Source: Podarcis liolepis (Eukaryota). Taken from it: a stretch of 64,000 nucleotides of DNA. Position numbers and translations under genes: made by a program. Below are positions 46,251-59,000 of the stretch, piece after piece (within the stretch, counting starts at the first letter, position 1; each line of letters opens with the position of its first letter). A model generated the notes under the pieces. It did not search any database and was not told the origin of the DNA. It was given only the letters and a program-made list of their open reading frames with translations. The stretch is taken from NCBI GenBank assembly GCA_965112155.1, contig OZ218102.1; one strand, written 5' to 3'.

Positions 46251-49022
46251 TACAACTATTACAGCTCTAGAACCTAGATATACAGTGCACTATAGGATAA
46301 GCCAGGCCGACAGAAACAGGCAAATTGTTCATTGTTTGCCATAAAAGGAAAATAAAGGTTAAAGTTGCCATTTGTATATATTCTCAGCATTGATGTAGAT
46401 GAACCCCAGACAACCAAAAGCACCCAAAATATAGCACATGCACTGCAGGTATCAGACTTTATTTCCAGGTACCAAGACCACCTCCAGGTTGTCAGTTGTT
46501 TTAGAACTAAGGCTTAATGTGCTACCCTGTCTCTTGCATCTGCATCCAAATTAACCATGTTTCAGTTCTTTTCCATTTTATCCCATAATTCTACCCATTC
46601 TACTCTATTAACCCAACACTTTCCACCAAGTCCTGCACTGCTCTTTGCATATGGGACTCCAGAATCTGGCTGCATCACACAAGCTTCTATCTCTGTTCTT
46701 CTCTCCCGCCTATCCCCACACCCTTTAAACTGGATGTTATCATCCCATTTTGGAAATTATTCTATATGAAGGATCATCGAACCAAGAAACAAAGAACCTA
46801 TTACTTAGCAAGAGCCCAGCAGCTGGGAAATGGGGGGTACGGCAAAGGGGGCTGAGGGCGGTCTCGTTGGGACAAAGAGTCTGGGCGTCAGGGAGGAATG
46901 AACCCAAGTGTCATAAAGAAACAAGGGGAGGAACTGAGCGCACAGAGAGAGGAGACCAAAGAGAAGGACACTTTTCCTGAGCCTCTTTCAACCCCAGAGC
47001 TGGGCTAGCCACATAGACCCAAACTGGTGCAGCCTTTGAGTCCGCACCGACACGCTCTGGCAAGGGCGGCCACCAAAGCTGTCAAATCCTTCACCAACTT
47101 GCCCATCAATTGCATTCAGCTCTTCCCGACCCACATTGGCATTTTAATTACTGTTGGGTAAACTAATTTGTCCAAATGAAGGCAACTCGGCCTAATAGAA
47201 TATGCAGGCTCCCTGACCTCTGACAGGCAATGACACAGGATACAAAAGGAGGCAGAGGAAAGCTTTTTTTTAATCAGAGCCTTATTACTCTCTATTACTC
47301 CAATTAGTCAAGCTCCAGTGCTCTGAATTGGGGGGGAAATTGCAATTAAATCAATTTTTGATGGTCTGGAAGTGGGTTACCGAACCGCCTGGCCTGTGAA
47401 TAACTGATATTATAGCAGCAAAGGTCAAAGTCTTCGTCGGCACCTGTGGGCCCCCCGCCTTTCCTGCCTCTTCCTCCTCATTGCTCCTGCGCTCCTGCTA
47501 AAGCAAATCATTAGAACATGTCACGTCTTATCGTGGCTGCCACCAGCCCCGCTAACCTAATCAGTTGACATCATTATAGAAGGTAACTCCTGCAGTCTGA
47601 ATTTAGTGCTAAGGTCACACAAACTTACTGCGTCCCCCCTGCTGGAGGGTGATGGGAGGAGGGGCCCCAACAGTAGCAACATTGTAAAGGGCAGGAGGGA
47701 GGTGGACATTGCACAGCGGATGGTCCTAAGCTGAATCTACAAAACGTCATGGAGTATATCCAACTGTACACACATATCCAGAGATGATTGGATGGTGAGA
47801 GAATGTTCTTCTCTCCCAGGAAACATCACCCAACAAATTAAACTATCAGCAGTTTAGTTTTAATTGACCAGTTCCAGGTCTCTATATATCACGCATGAGC
47901 ATGGATGGAAATCAAACAATTAAAAGTCAGCAAGTGGGTCTGACAGAATTCAACAGAACACCCACCCACACCGCACACCGCCATATTTAACTGGTTATAA
48001 CAGTTGAGCCCCTGCCAAAATTTAGACCAGTTATAACACATGCAGCAGAAGGAGGTAGCGGTAGAATGGACTGTACCAGTTCAGGCTGTGGGGAGAGGAT
48101 ACCATTTCTGAATTCTCAGCCTTGTAAAAACACACATACAAACGCTGCAACTTAAAAACACATACACACTGCAGAGACAGGTTCTAGCTGAGCCTGGACC
48201 CTGCTGGACTATTCGCAAGGAATTTATTTGTTTTTAACAGGGAGAATACAGAAATGTAATCCAAAGACTGTTTCTAAGACAGTCTCCAGCCTGAAGTGGT
48301 ACAGTCCATTCTACTGCCACCACATTCTCCCACAAGTGTAGAATCCTCATTGGGATTCAAACTGGGAATGAAACTAGACGTTAGATGGGAATCATTGTAT
48401 TCCCCACCCCATGTTTCTCCCATAATGCAAATGGAGTGCCTACAGAGGAAAATCAGCAAGCAAAAGAAAAGGCGTACATAAATCTCCCTTAGCATCTAAT
48501 TCTCACCATTCGCTTTGCCTTAACTTTTTTATTTGATATTCTTGGTACAGGCTATTTCTGAAATATTTATTTAAAATTATTCATAGCCCACTCTATTTCC
48601 AAAAAGGTATTCCAGAGCAATTTCAATAATCGAGACAAGAATGATATTTTAAGGTTTTTAAAAATCTTATTTTGTCCGCCAAGTTTTCCTGGAGACTGAG
48701 TCTTAATTTTTATTAACATTTTTTTACACTGTTCAGCTTTATTTGTGATATACTGCTGTGTGTTTTTTAAAACTTATTTTCATCTAGCTTTTATTGAATG
48801 TTTTGCTCAATTTTGTATTTAAATTGAATGTTGTATTTTAATTGTTCTATGTAAACTGCTTAAATATTTTAATTACATTAAGTGGCTTTACAAAATAAAA
48901 ATATAAAAAACACTCAAATAAGAAAACCAAATAAAAATAAACATCAGTAAGAGCAGTAAAATTTCATCGGAACAATGAAACAACAAAACACCAAAAGGTC
49001 CGGGTAAATAAGTAGGTATTTA

Positions 49023-49363
49023 AAGGTAAAGGGACCCCTGACCATTAGGCCCAGTTGTGGCCGACTCTGGGGTTGCAGCGCTCATCTCGCTTTACTGGCC
49101 GAGGGAGCCGGCATACAGCATGTGGCCAGCATGACTAAGCCGCTTCTGGCAAACCAAAGCAGCGCACGGAAACGCAGTTTACTTTCCTGCTGGAGCGGTA
49201 CCTATTTATCTACTTGCACTTTGACGTGCTTTCGAACTGCTAGGTTGGCAGGAGCAGGGACCAAGCAACAGGAGCTCACCCCGTTGCGGGGATTCGAACT
49301 GCCAACCTTCTAATCGGCAAGTCCTAGGTTCTGTGGTTTAACCCACAGTGCCACCCGCGTTCC
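49023..49363 (-). mobile_element. Sauria SINE, full length
   Basis: Reverse strand ggaacgcgggtggcactgtggg...cagttcgaatccc...(ACCTTT)n tail; TSD agtaggt(a/c)ttta at 49011-49022 and 49365-49376. Confidence 0.92.
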
Positions 49364-51325
49364 TAGTAGGTCTTTAGGTGGCACCAAAAATTCACAATAG
49401 TAAGAAACCGGCCTTATTTGGAAAGGGAGGGAATTCCATAAGCAGGATGCTTGTAGTGGAAATGCCCTCTGCCATGTCACCACACGCTGAATCTCAGGTC
49501 CTGATATGCCACACCATACCGAGTATATAGGCATGTGGCACTTGCAGACATGCTTCCCCAACAGATCCAGTAGCGACATCCAACTCTGTACATATTTTAA
49601 CAATTTCGCAAAGCAATCACCTTCGAGATGTGAAAAGTCTCCACGGAGCATTTGTACGTGGGAGTTTTTTGAGCAGGAGCAGTGGGTTTAAAGCAAGCCT
49701 GCAGTGCATATGGAGAGCACACACTTTGCATAAAGAAGGTCCCAGGCTCAAACTCGGGTGTCTTCATTTATAAGGATAAGGCAGCAGGTGATGAGAAAGC
49801 CCTCTGCCTTAGACCGCAAAGAAACACTGCTTTTGGGAGTAATACTGGGCTAGTTGAACAAATAATTTCACCTGGTATAAGCTTCTTATAAATCAGGAAC
49901 CAAGACTCACCAGAACAGCAGCTTCCTGTAGGACACAGTTGGCAGGATGAGGGGGTACCTTAGGCAGAAGTGATCAACTTTTTTCTCCAGGACATCTCAT
50001 TGTGGTGAGTGCACCATGATTATACAGTTCATACTGGTCCCTGCCAACCATTGGGAAATAGTAGCGACCAGCTTTATCTGAAGCACCACACACACTAGAT
50101 TAGGGCTATTTGAAATGCTGAAATTAGACTCTCAGCTCCTGAATTAAACCCATATGGAAAAGTGCTTGGTTTAAATTTTGCAAACCAGAAAGTGTACAGA
50201 ATCCAACTCTCTAAACTGCCTTCCCCCATTAAAAATGTCCTTTGGAATCCAAGTTCATCCAACTTTAAATCCCTACATGTTGATTCTTTATCCATTATTT
50301 TATTTCTGAATATAGAGCCCTTTGATGCCCACTGAATTCTGCCTGCAAAAGCTTTGACGCATCATTTTATATTTGCTTGATCAGCAGATTGTAGATGAAC
50401 TTACCACATGGCTTATTTTTCCAGCTCTCAAATCTGTCTCATTACATTGTTCTGCACGTTCAATCCATTTCTGTGCAGCTTAGTGCCTAAAAGCATAGTA
50501 TATTTAAAATACAATATGTAAAACAAATAAATAAAATTAATGTATCAAAACGAACAGCACAGATGAAAGCAAGTGACACCATCCCCCTAAAGAATTGTAA
50601 AATAAAATATTAGCTTGCTTTTATAATGCCAGGAAGGGGCTTGGTTTTTGTGCTTGAGATGGAATACCATTCCAAAAAAGAGGTACTACCACCAAGAAGA
50701 CACTGTTCCTACTAAACATCAACCTGGTTTCTGGGAAGGAAAGTACCTGGAGATATTGATGTGCAGGGAGGTGCATAAAGGGGAAGATAACCACCTTAGT
50801 TAGCCTGGACCCAGACCACTTAGGGCTTTAAGTATTAATGCCACTGATGCTTTGTTAGGGGGTGGCTCAGGAGGTTTGAGCAGTGGGTTTTTTAAAAAAT
50901 AAAAAAACCTTAAGATTTTCATTTTACGTTGCTTCCAGAACTGCTAGACAAGCTGCAAAGCATAATGCTGGTGAGGCCCTAATGACCCACAATTGTAATT
51001 TGCTCAAATTCCCAAATTTACATATATAAATATAAGTGCATATGCATATTTTATGCAAAAATTGTACCATGGGCTCGTGCCCTGAATCTTTTAAGATAAT
51101 GCCTCTGCAAGCACCACTTAACATCAACATAAAATGCCCAAGCAACCAGTGCCAGTTAATAGCCACACTGCTCCATTCTGAACCAGCAGGATCTTTTGAG
51201 TTGTCTTCAATAGCAGTCTAGAATTCTGCATTTTAACAATGATCCAATCTGTAGCTTGCAAAGGCATCCATTACAGGGATGAACTTTGTTGTGAGTCTAA
51301 AACACCACTATGAATTCCTTAGAAG

Positions 51326-51462
51326 CATGATGGGGAGCCTGTGGCCTTTCTGATGTGGTTGGACTCCAACTGCCATCATTCCTAAACACGGGCCATGCTG
51401 GCTAGGGATGAAGGAAGCTGGAGCCCAGCAATATCTGGAGACCCACAAATTCCCCAGCCCTG
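51326..51462. mobile_element. About 135 bp palindromic hAT-like MITE (other copies about 33584-33722, 52548-52680, 55219-55341)
   Basis: ggggagcctgtggcc...ggactccaactgccatca...ccacaaattccccagccctg; four similar copies in the window. Confidence 0.7.
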
Positions 51463-54400
51463 GTTAAGAGAAAGGACAAGATACAAATGTGATACATTAA
51501 TCTTATTACTACCCCAGCTCTGTATCCATGTTGTTCTAGCTCTACCTGGTCTTTCCTCCTTGCTGCCCTGCCTAAGTCTCAACAGCTACAGTACTGTCCT
51601 TTGCCTTCTCTGCAACCCTGCCTCTTCCCTGGCTTTGCTGGTGGCCCCAAATACCAAACAACCGTTCCTACTTGTAGAGAAGCCAATCAAACTCTTTAAA
51701 ATATACCTGCCAAGTATTTAATGCTAATTTATTACCAAAAAGTAGAAGTGAATAGGAAAGTCCTTCTTATTAGCAGAGTTATGGACAATTAGCATATTAG
51801 CCACTGCTCAAAAAATCTTTACATACACAGATATATGCACTATGATGCTATTTTCATAGATCTCCGCCAGCCTGAGAGTGAATGGCTCCCTGGGTATGCA
51901 TCATAAATTGTAAACAGAAGAGCTACAGAACAACTTCGCCTGGTCCCTTCAGGTCCTGCAATGGAGACATTTGATGTGCAGAGAGAACAAATTTTGAGCA
52001 AGGAGATGTGTATATTTCCAGGATTTACAGTATTCCCCCACCAGCACCAAAGGAGGAATTGGTAGGGACCACTAACGACAGAAGCACAGGAAGATACCAA
52101 TAATTCATGTGTGCGCCGTTTCCCACCCTGGTTGGAAAATTGGCCCCTGGGAAGTGGGTGTTTGCATTTCACACCAAAGAGAGCATTGTGAGTTGTGGGG
52201 AAAGCCATAATTCTGGACACGGGATTTGAACAGAGATGGCTCACAGTGAAGGCTGGGTTGAAGGCTAGGGCCAGTTGCGTCACTGTTCCAAGTCTGGTTT
52301 ACAGATGAAAAGCACCATCTTCAGTCTCTGGCAAACATACTGCTTTTGTGTATGAAAATTTGCTCAACCCAAATCTTTTACAGCAGGGCTGGGGGATAAA
52401 TCCCAGAAGTCCAATTGGCCTTGACCTAAAATTGCAACCTGGTTTATAGGAGTTCAAAACATTTATTCAGCCCATTCCAGGCCTCCAGACTAAATGGATT
52501 AGAGCCACCTATTTCACCAGGTTAAGAAAATCAAGTATTAAGCATACAGCAAGAATGGTAACTTGTGGCCATCCAGATGTTGTCTGACTCCAACTCCTAA
52601 CAGCCAAAGTAGTTAGGATGGTCAACAAGCAGGGATGATGGAACAACATTTGAAGGATCACAAATTCTCCATTTCTGCCTATTACCTGACTATTTCTATA
52701 AGTCCAATGGTGGGCAACTTGTGATGCCTTTCAACACAGAGTGTTTTGTTTTTGCAGGCCATTATATTTTGTGAGAATTATAAATGTCAGAGTTTGATTT
52801 TTGAGAGGCAGTATAATTGAATAGAAATGATGGCAATCAAATTTAAAATCCAGAGGCAGGTCCCAGATCCCAAATTTAAATATAAAAGTTTTAAAAATCC
52901 AGGAAGTTATAGATTTCCAGTATGCCACAACTGCTTGCTGGGTATGAATTGCAGCACAAAGTCAGCCATTTGACGTCACTAAAATGTCTGCAGCAGTTCT
53001 CTGTATTGAAGGAATCTTTTCCCACCCCACCCACTAGTCTGATACAAAATGTAGGAAGCCAGACTGTGCCCTGCTTTGTAAAGTAGAAACAGGTGAGCAC
53101 ATTGGGGATACGTAAACATTTAATTCATATTCAGCAGTTCTCTGGCTATTATGCTGTTTCTTGTTTGCCTGTGGCTGGTGGGTCCAGGTTGTACCGTTAT
53201 CATTTCCATCCAACATTTGCATGCTTGCTGCATCTGGGCACTCCGTGGAAAAGTGAAACAGGATGCATATTATCTTGAACATATATGACATTGTTACAAC
53301 TGAATCTATCATTACTGCTTATTGTTCTGAAGCAGTCCTTTTAAGATCAGTACCTCCAGCACAACCGCAAAAACAGATAGTTTTTGGATAGCTTTGGAAA
53401 GCTCAACGTATCCAGTTGCTAATATTATGTCAGCTGTGGGGGGGAGGGGTTGATTGCAAGGCCTAGGTAGCATCAGTTCACCACAATGTCATGATTTGAT
53501 ATAACATTAATGAACTCATAAGCTCCCTCCTTCCCTTACTCCTGCGTCCGGTTAATTCTCACATACCTTGATAAACCATAGTTTATTGAACAGAGAAAAC
53601 TATAATTTGTCTGCACACTGGGATTGCATGCAAGATTTGAACTGGGTTCACAATAGTGTTTTGCCTAATTTGGGTGTAATGGCAAACTATGGTTTGCTGC
53701 TAAATCAGAAGGAAAGCAGAGAATACAAGGAGACAAGAGAAGGTGCAGCATAAGGCTCATTCATATAGCCTTAAACCATGGTTTAGTGTTATATTTGAAC
53801 CAAGCCAGTGTATTTCCATATGGTTGCTTTACTGTTCACAGTCCAACTAGGTTTAAATTCTGATAGGGGCTGGGCTGCTGAGGTATTTCATATAAATACT
53901 GTAATTTTAGATCACCACATTCTAGAGTCATATCGGTTACAGAGCTTTTACTTAAGTCATAAGCTATTCAGAAACTGTAGGTGGTTTACTGTGCAAATGA
54001 ATTTGACCTACCACTAACTAAAGAAAAATATTTAAACCAAAATTATAATGAATGAGTGAGTGAGTGGTGAGGAAACTATCATGAGACTTAGCTTTTACTT
54101 GGTGTATTGAAGATTCAAGGATTCAGTTTTGAGACCAAGTATGAATGCTATGCAGTGAAATGACACAAATGGGGCAGAAAACCAGGACAAATTGGCCATA
54201 CACAGTCAGCTGCATATAGACATCCCTTAAATACTGCCTTGGCTTTCACTGAGAAAATGCCTGCTGAGTTTATTACTTCAAAAAAAAAATAGATAAAGGA
54301 ATTATAGGCTGTGGCGGGGAACCCTTATTTCAATTGCTAGAACAGTAAATCACATTAAACTACACAGTACTCTCACATTTAAACTTCAGAATACAAAAAC

Positions 54401-55724
54401 GGGCCATGGCCTCTTTTTCAACACATACCCACACAACTTGATTCTAGGTCCAAGATTAAAGTATTAATGCTGAAGACATTGACTAAATTCAGAAGTACTA
54501 CAAAACCAAGGCTTCTTCTAACCTTAATTAAGAACCCACGCCATAGTTTAAGCTTCCAGACTTACAAGAGGCAAACAGAGGTTTTGATTAGCCTTTTTGT
54601 TTCCCATCTGCTGAGCATTCAGCTTCATAAATTTACTCCTATATCTATGATGTGACAGTCTCTTGAGGCAAAGTAATGGCCCTAACTGTGGTCATAGAAT
54701 CATAGAACTGTAGAGTTGGAAGGGACCCTGGGGATCATCTAGTCCAACCCCTTGCAGTGCAGGAATATGCAGTCTGCCAACGGTCTGTGAATTCATACAC
54801 AACAGCAAGCCATAGTTGGCTCAAATAGTGCTCTACAAATCAGTTTGAAACTGTAATCTACATCCTGGTGAGTCACATATTTTGAGATCTGACTTGGGTT
54901 AGACACTAAATCCACTAAATGGAGACCAGAAGCCTCCATTTTCATTTTAAACTAACTACTGCTTGTCCTTTCGCTCAAACTGGGAGCTGCAGTTAATTCT
55001 AGCTATGCTTATTATAAACAAACCAGGATCAGAAACGACAGCTTGATCTTGGTTTGTTTGGTGAAAACTGATCACAGTTTGTTCTGGACTAGATGACAAG
55101 CTGTGATTAGTTCAAAACAGAAGTATATGCTTCTGATCACCTCCTCGTGGCCACACTGCAGCAGAGGAGGTGCATCACCCTAAGGCTCAGCCATGTAACT
55201 CTAATCTATGGTTTAAGGGCAGGGATGGGAGACCTGTGGCCCTTCAGATTTTGTTAGACACTAACTCCTATCAGCCCTAGCCATTTTAGCCAATGGTCAT
55301 ACAGCCAACAGCATCGAAGAGCCACAGATTCCCCAGTCCTGGTTCAGCCTAACATTCAAAGACAGCCATTATAGATCATAAAGCTGCTGAGCTATGATCA
55401 GAGTTACATTCATATGAAGAAATAGATGTTGGCATGTACCCAGAAGAGTTTGCATATCACTCAAAACAAATCAGAAAGTAAGTATGTTAAAGACTGGTCT
55501 CGGTAGGGAAATCAGTGGTAGAATTCTCCTTAAGTGACTGGCCAAGTTTTTTTGTGTGTTTTTTTAACTAAATGGGAATATCTGAGAACTGGGAGGAACG
55601 TATGTTACATTTTTGCTCCACCCAACATCTCCTGTATCTGCGGCCAGGGCTAAGGCTGTGAGAAACACCAGAAGTAGCCACCTAGTAAGGACATCCTCGT
55701 TTATGCAGGACTAATATCTAGCTG

Positions 55725-56078
55725 GAACGGGGGTGGCGCTGTGGGTAAAACCTCAGCGCCGAGGACTTGCCGATCGCATGGTCGGCAGTTCGAATCCCCG
55801 CGGCGGGGTGCACTCCCGTCGTTCGGTCCCAGCGCCTGCCAACCTAGCAGTCCGAAAGCACCCCCGGGTGCAAGTAGATAAATAGGGACCGCTTACCAGC
55901 GGGAAGGTAAATGGCGTTCCGTGTGCTGCGCTGGCTCGCCAGATGCAGCTTGTCATGCTGGCCTCGTGACCCGGAAGTGTCTGCGGACAGCGCTGGCTCC
56001 CGGCCTCTAGAGTGAGATGAGCGCACAACCCTAGAGTCTGGCAAGACTGGCCCGTACGGGCAGGGGTACCTTTACCTT
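55725..56078 (+). mobile_element. Sauria SINE, full length, young
   Basis: tRNA-like head (gtggcgctgtggg, gttcgaatcc), (ACCTTT)2 tail, perfect 13 bp TSD taatatctagctg at 55712-55724 and 56079-56091, CpGs intact. Confidence 0.95.
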
Positions 56079-59000
56079 TAATATCTAGCTGCTTCAACTG
56101 CTAGGAGATTCAACTGCAGAACAGCATTTGTTGGAACACCAGAAAACAAATGGAGGGGGGACTTATATACATTTTTGCCCTTTTAGGGCATCACTGTCCA
56201 TTTTATTGTGTTTTAAACTTATTGTAAATTGCCTCAAAAACTTTTGTTAGTATGTAGGGTATAAATACAAACAAACAAATTAATAGGTCGGTACCTTCTG
56301 TGATCTCATGGAAAATTCAAGCTCTGCTAGCATTCCTATCTACATTAAGAGTGGAATTTTTGTTGTACTCGTAATTATAAAGTTGTGCTGTCATTAGTTT
56401 CCTAGAACGTGGGTTATGAAGAATAACAACTCCCATACAAGATTTGTATGGAACATTTTCAGGATGGAATTACCTGGACAAAACAGGGAGGGCTTGCTAT
56501 GTTCTCTGCTCAATTGCCAACTGCATAGGCGAGGAACCCCTTGGTTCCCAACGTGTCACCTTCTGGCCTTTAGGTAGGGCTTAATGCGTCTGCCACAGAA
56601 AATCCTTCCACCTATATGCACAGCAGTTCCAGCAGCTACTCAGAGACAGGACAGTAGAGGGAAATGTGGGTTTTCTAAGGCTTCCACAGTACTGTGGACA
56701 AAGAACACAATTTCTGTTCAACTGATCAGATGGGTCCTCATGCCCCCGTAAAGCACCTTACAAGAGGCAGTGAATGGCATTGTTGAATTTTTCAAAGCTT
56801 GCTCAGGTGTAAAGCTCCAGCGATTCCTTTTTGTGACTTATTTGTTCTCACTCTCCCTCCCTCTCTTGCTCCCCACTAGGTACATTCAAACCACTTAACA
56901 AGCAGGGAGGTTGGGATATATTTGTGGGAATCCTCCCTCCCTCCTCAAGGAAGGCATTTTATTTCCCCACCCAATGACAAACAAGCGCAAGAAAAAAGCC
57001 ACAATTTCTAAGCAGCAGTTCACTCCCCCCCCCCTTCACTGGGTGACATTATTTTCCCTTAATTGCCTGGCAGGAATCGTTTATTTGAGGAGGAGGGATT
57101 CTCCCCTCTTCCCCCAAGGCTATATCGGGCTATTGAAGTTTAGTGGGCTTTCACCTGGAGACATTGGTAATTACCCCCTTTATTTTAAAGCTTCTACCTG
57201 TAGCTTCATACTTGGGGCTGGACACTCTGCAGGGGAGCTTTGTTCCCACTAAATACAGCCCCTGAACAAATAGTCCCAGCAGCAGGAGCGCAGGGCAAAG
57301 TGGTAATTTTCAGTCCAGCATAATTAGCCAAGGTTCTTTTAGCCACCATCACTGAATGGAGGGACTTTGCCAAGGGAGGGTGGCCCATGTGGGAATGGCA
57401 GGCCCAGACATGCATGCAGTATGCAGACAAAAGCTTCTTGGGGGTCCAACCTGTTGAGGAGGAGAGGGGAGTGCAGAGGCACCTCTACCCAGAAAGGTCT
57501 CTCTGCAAAGACCAAAGCACAGGTACCAGCACAGAAAGCCAATCTTCTTCTGGCTTTTATACTAAGCTCCAGACCCTCCTCCCCTCAAAAGCAGATTAAA
57601 AGGGAAGAAAGTTGGCCTGTGCTGGGATGTCTGATCACCTATGATGTGTTAATTACCTGGTCCTTCCAAGGCTGCATTTAGGATGAAGTACTACTAGGGC
57701 TGCAGCAAAGGAACCAAGCTTGAAAAACACTTTCTAGTTGCAAGTCAACATGGATAAAAGAGTAATAATAATTAAGAGCACTTTCTTTGGTGTGTAAGTT
57801 GCCCACATACTTTCACAGATGGCACTTTTCAAAAAAAGCAAACCAACTCCCCACTCTCAAGTTCATTTTGATACAGGCAACGACCGATTTATGTGTGTTT
57901 GATAAGTGTGCAACCATGCATGTGAGCATCTCAGCAACCTGGAAATGGCTGGAAAAAGGGGTGGAACTGGGGCATAGTGGGTTTATGCATGCTCTACCAC
58001 CATGCGTGATGATCTGCAAAGCAACCCCCTCGCGAATCAGGAGTTGCCTGTACTATGTTGTGAAAGGATCAAACCAGGCACTTGTTTGAGCACATGAACT
58101 GGCTTTGGAAGTGGAAAGAACAATCTAATCTGGTTTTCTGTCAGCTTCTAGAATATGCATTTTGTTGAGGTGCACCTCATGCCCCATCAGAGAAAAGGGT
58201 GGAATATGATTCTATGTGTGTATGTATGTAAATAACGCACAAACACAAGCAAAATAAGGCAATGTATAATAATTTGTCATACAATTGACCAAGCATTTGC
58301 AGACTCTTGGTTGTGACTGGAGAATGCTTTCATGTAAGTAAACACTTGGTGCTATGGAAACTACATAGCACAATCAACAGTACCACTAAGCTGGGCAATG
58401 GAACTTCAAATCTGTGTATTTGTTATAAGGAAAAATATTCCCTTTGTAATAAACAAGTTTCTTCTACACATTTTCAACAAAATATAAATATTTTTTTAAA
58501 AAATATATTTGGCACATTATCTCTGCATTAAAAAAGCCCCTAAATTTATAAAGTGGCCTTGAATCAGGCACAAAGCCTTCCTACACTCAAAAGAAACTCA
58601 GAGTTGTAAATGTACTCCAGAATTAGAAAAGTGTGACTATAAAGCTCTATTTTAACAGAGAAGGAATAAAATCAGAAAGAGACCCAAAAAGTTAATGCGA
58701 CTCTCAAAATTATAAGTATCCAACAGTCACATATAATAAATATTACTTCAGCCTCCATTAGCAAAGGTATTAAAGGGTGTGGGGAGTGCAGCTCTGCTGT
58801 CTATAACTATACAAACATTTTGTTAGAAATGCCAACACAGAGAGGCAAAAAGTCTTTTTATTTGTAAAGTTTAAACCAAGATTCTTTCTCTTTTCATTTT
58901 ACCCTGAAAACAACCTCACACAATAGGAATGCTTATTGAAATAAAAGCTGAAAATTCTCAGCATATTAAGCAGTTTGCTATTGAGCAAGATGCTTTCTTC

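Noticed and set aside
47629-47646. CTCF-like CCAGCAGGGGGGAC
   Set aside because: Lacks the highly conserved C after the G-run; weak match
51840-52283. 147 aa minus-strand ORF as a possible FBXW4 exon
   Set aside because: No WD40 or F-box features; upstream FBXW4 exons appear to lie beyond the window
55725-55810. tRNA-like A/B boxes (also at about 7770, 26890, 49290)
   Set aside because: These are SINE heads followed by SINE bodies, not tRNA genes
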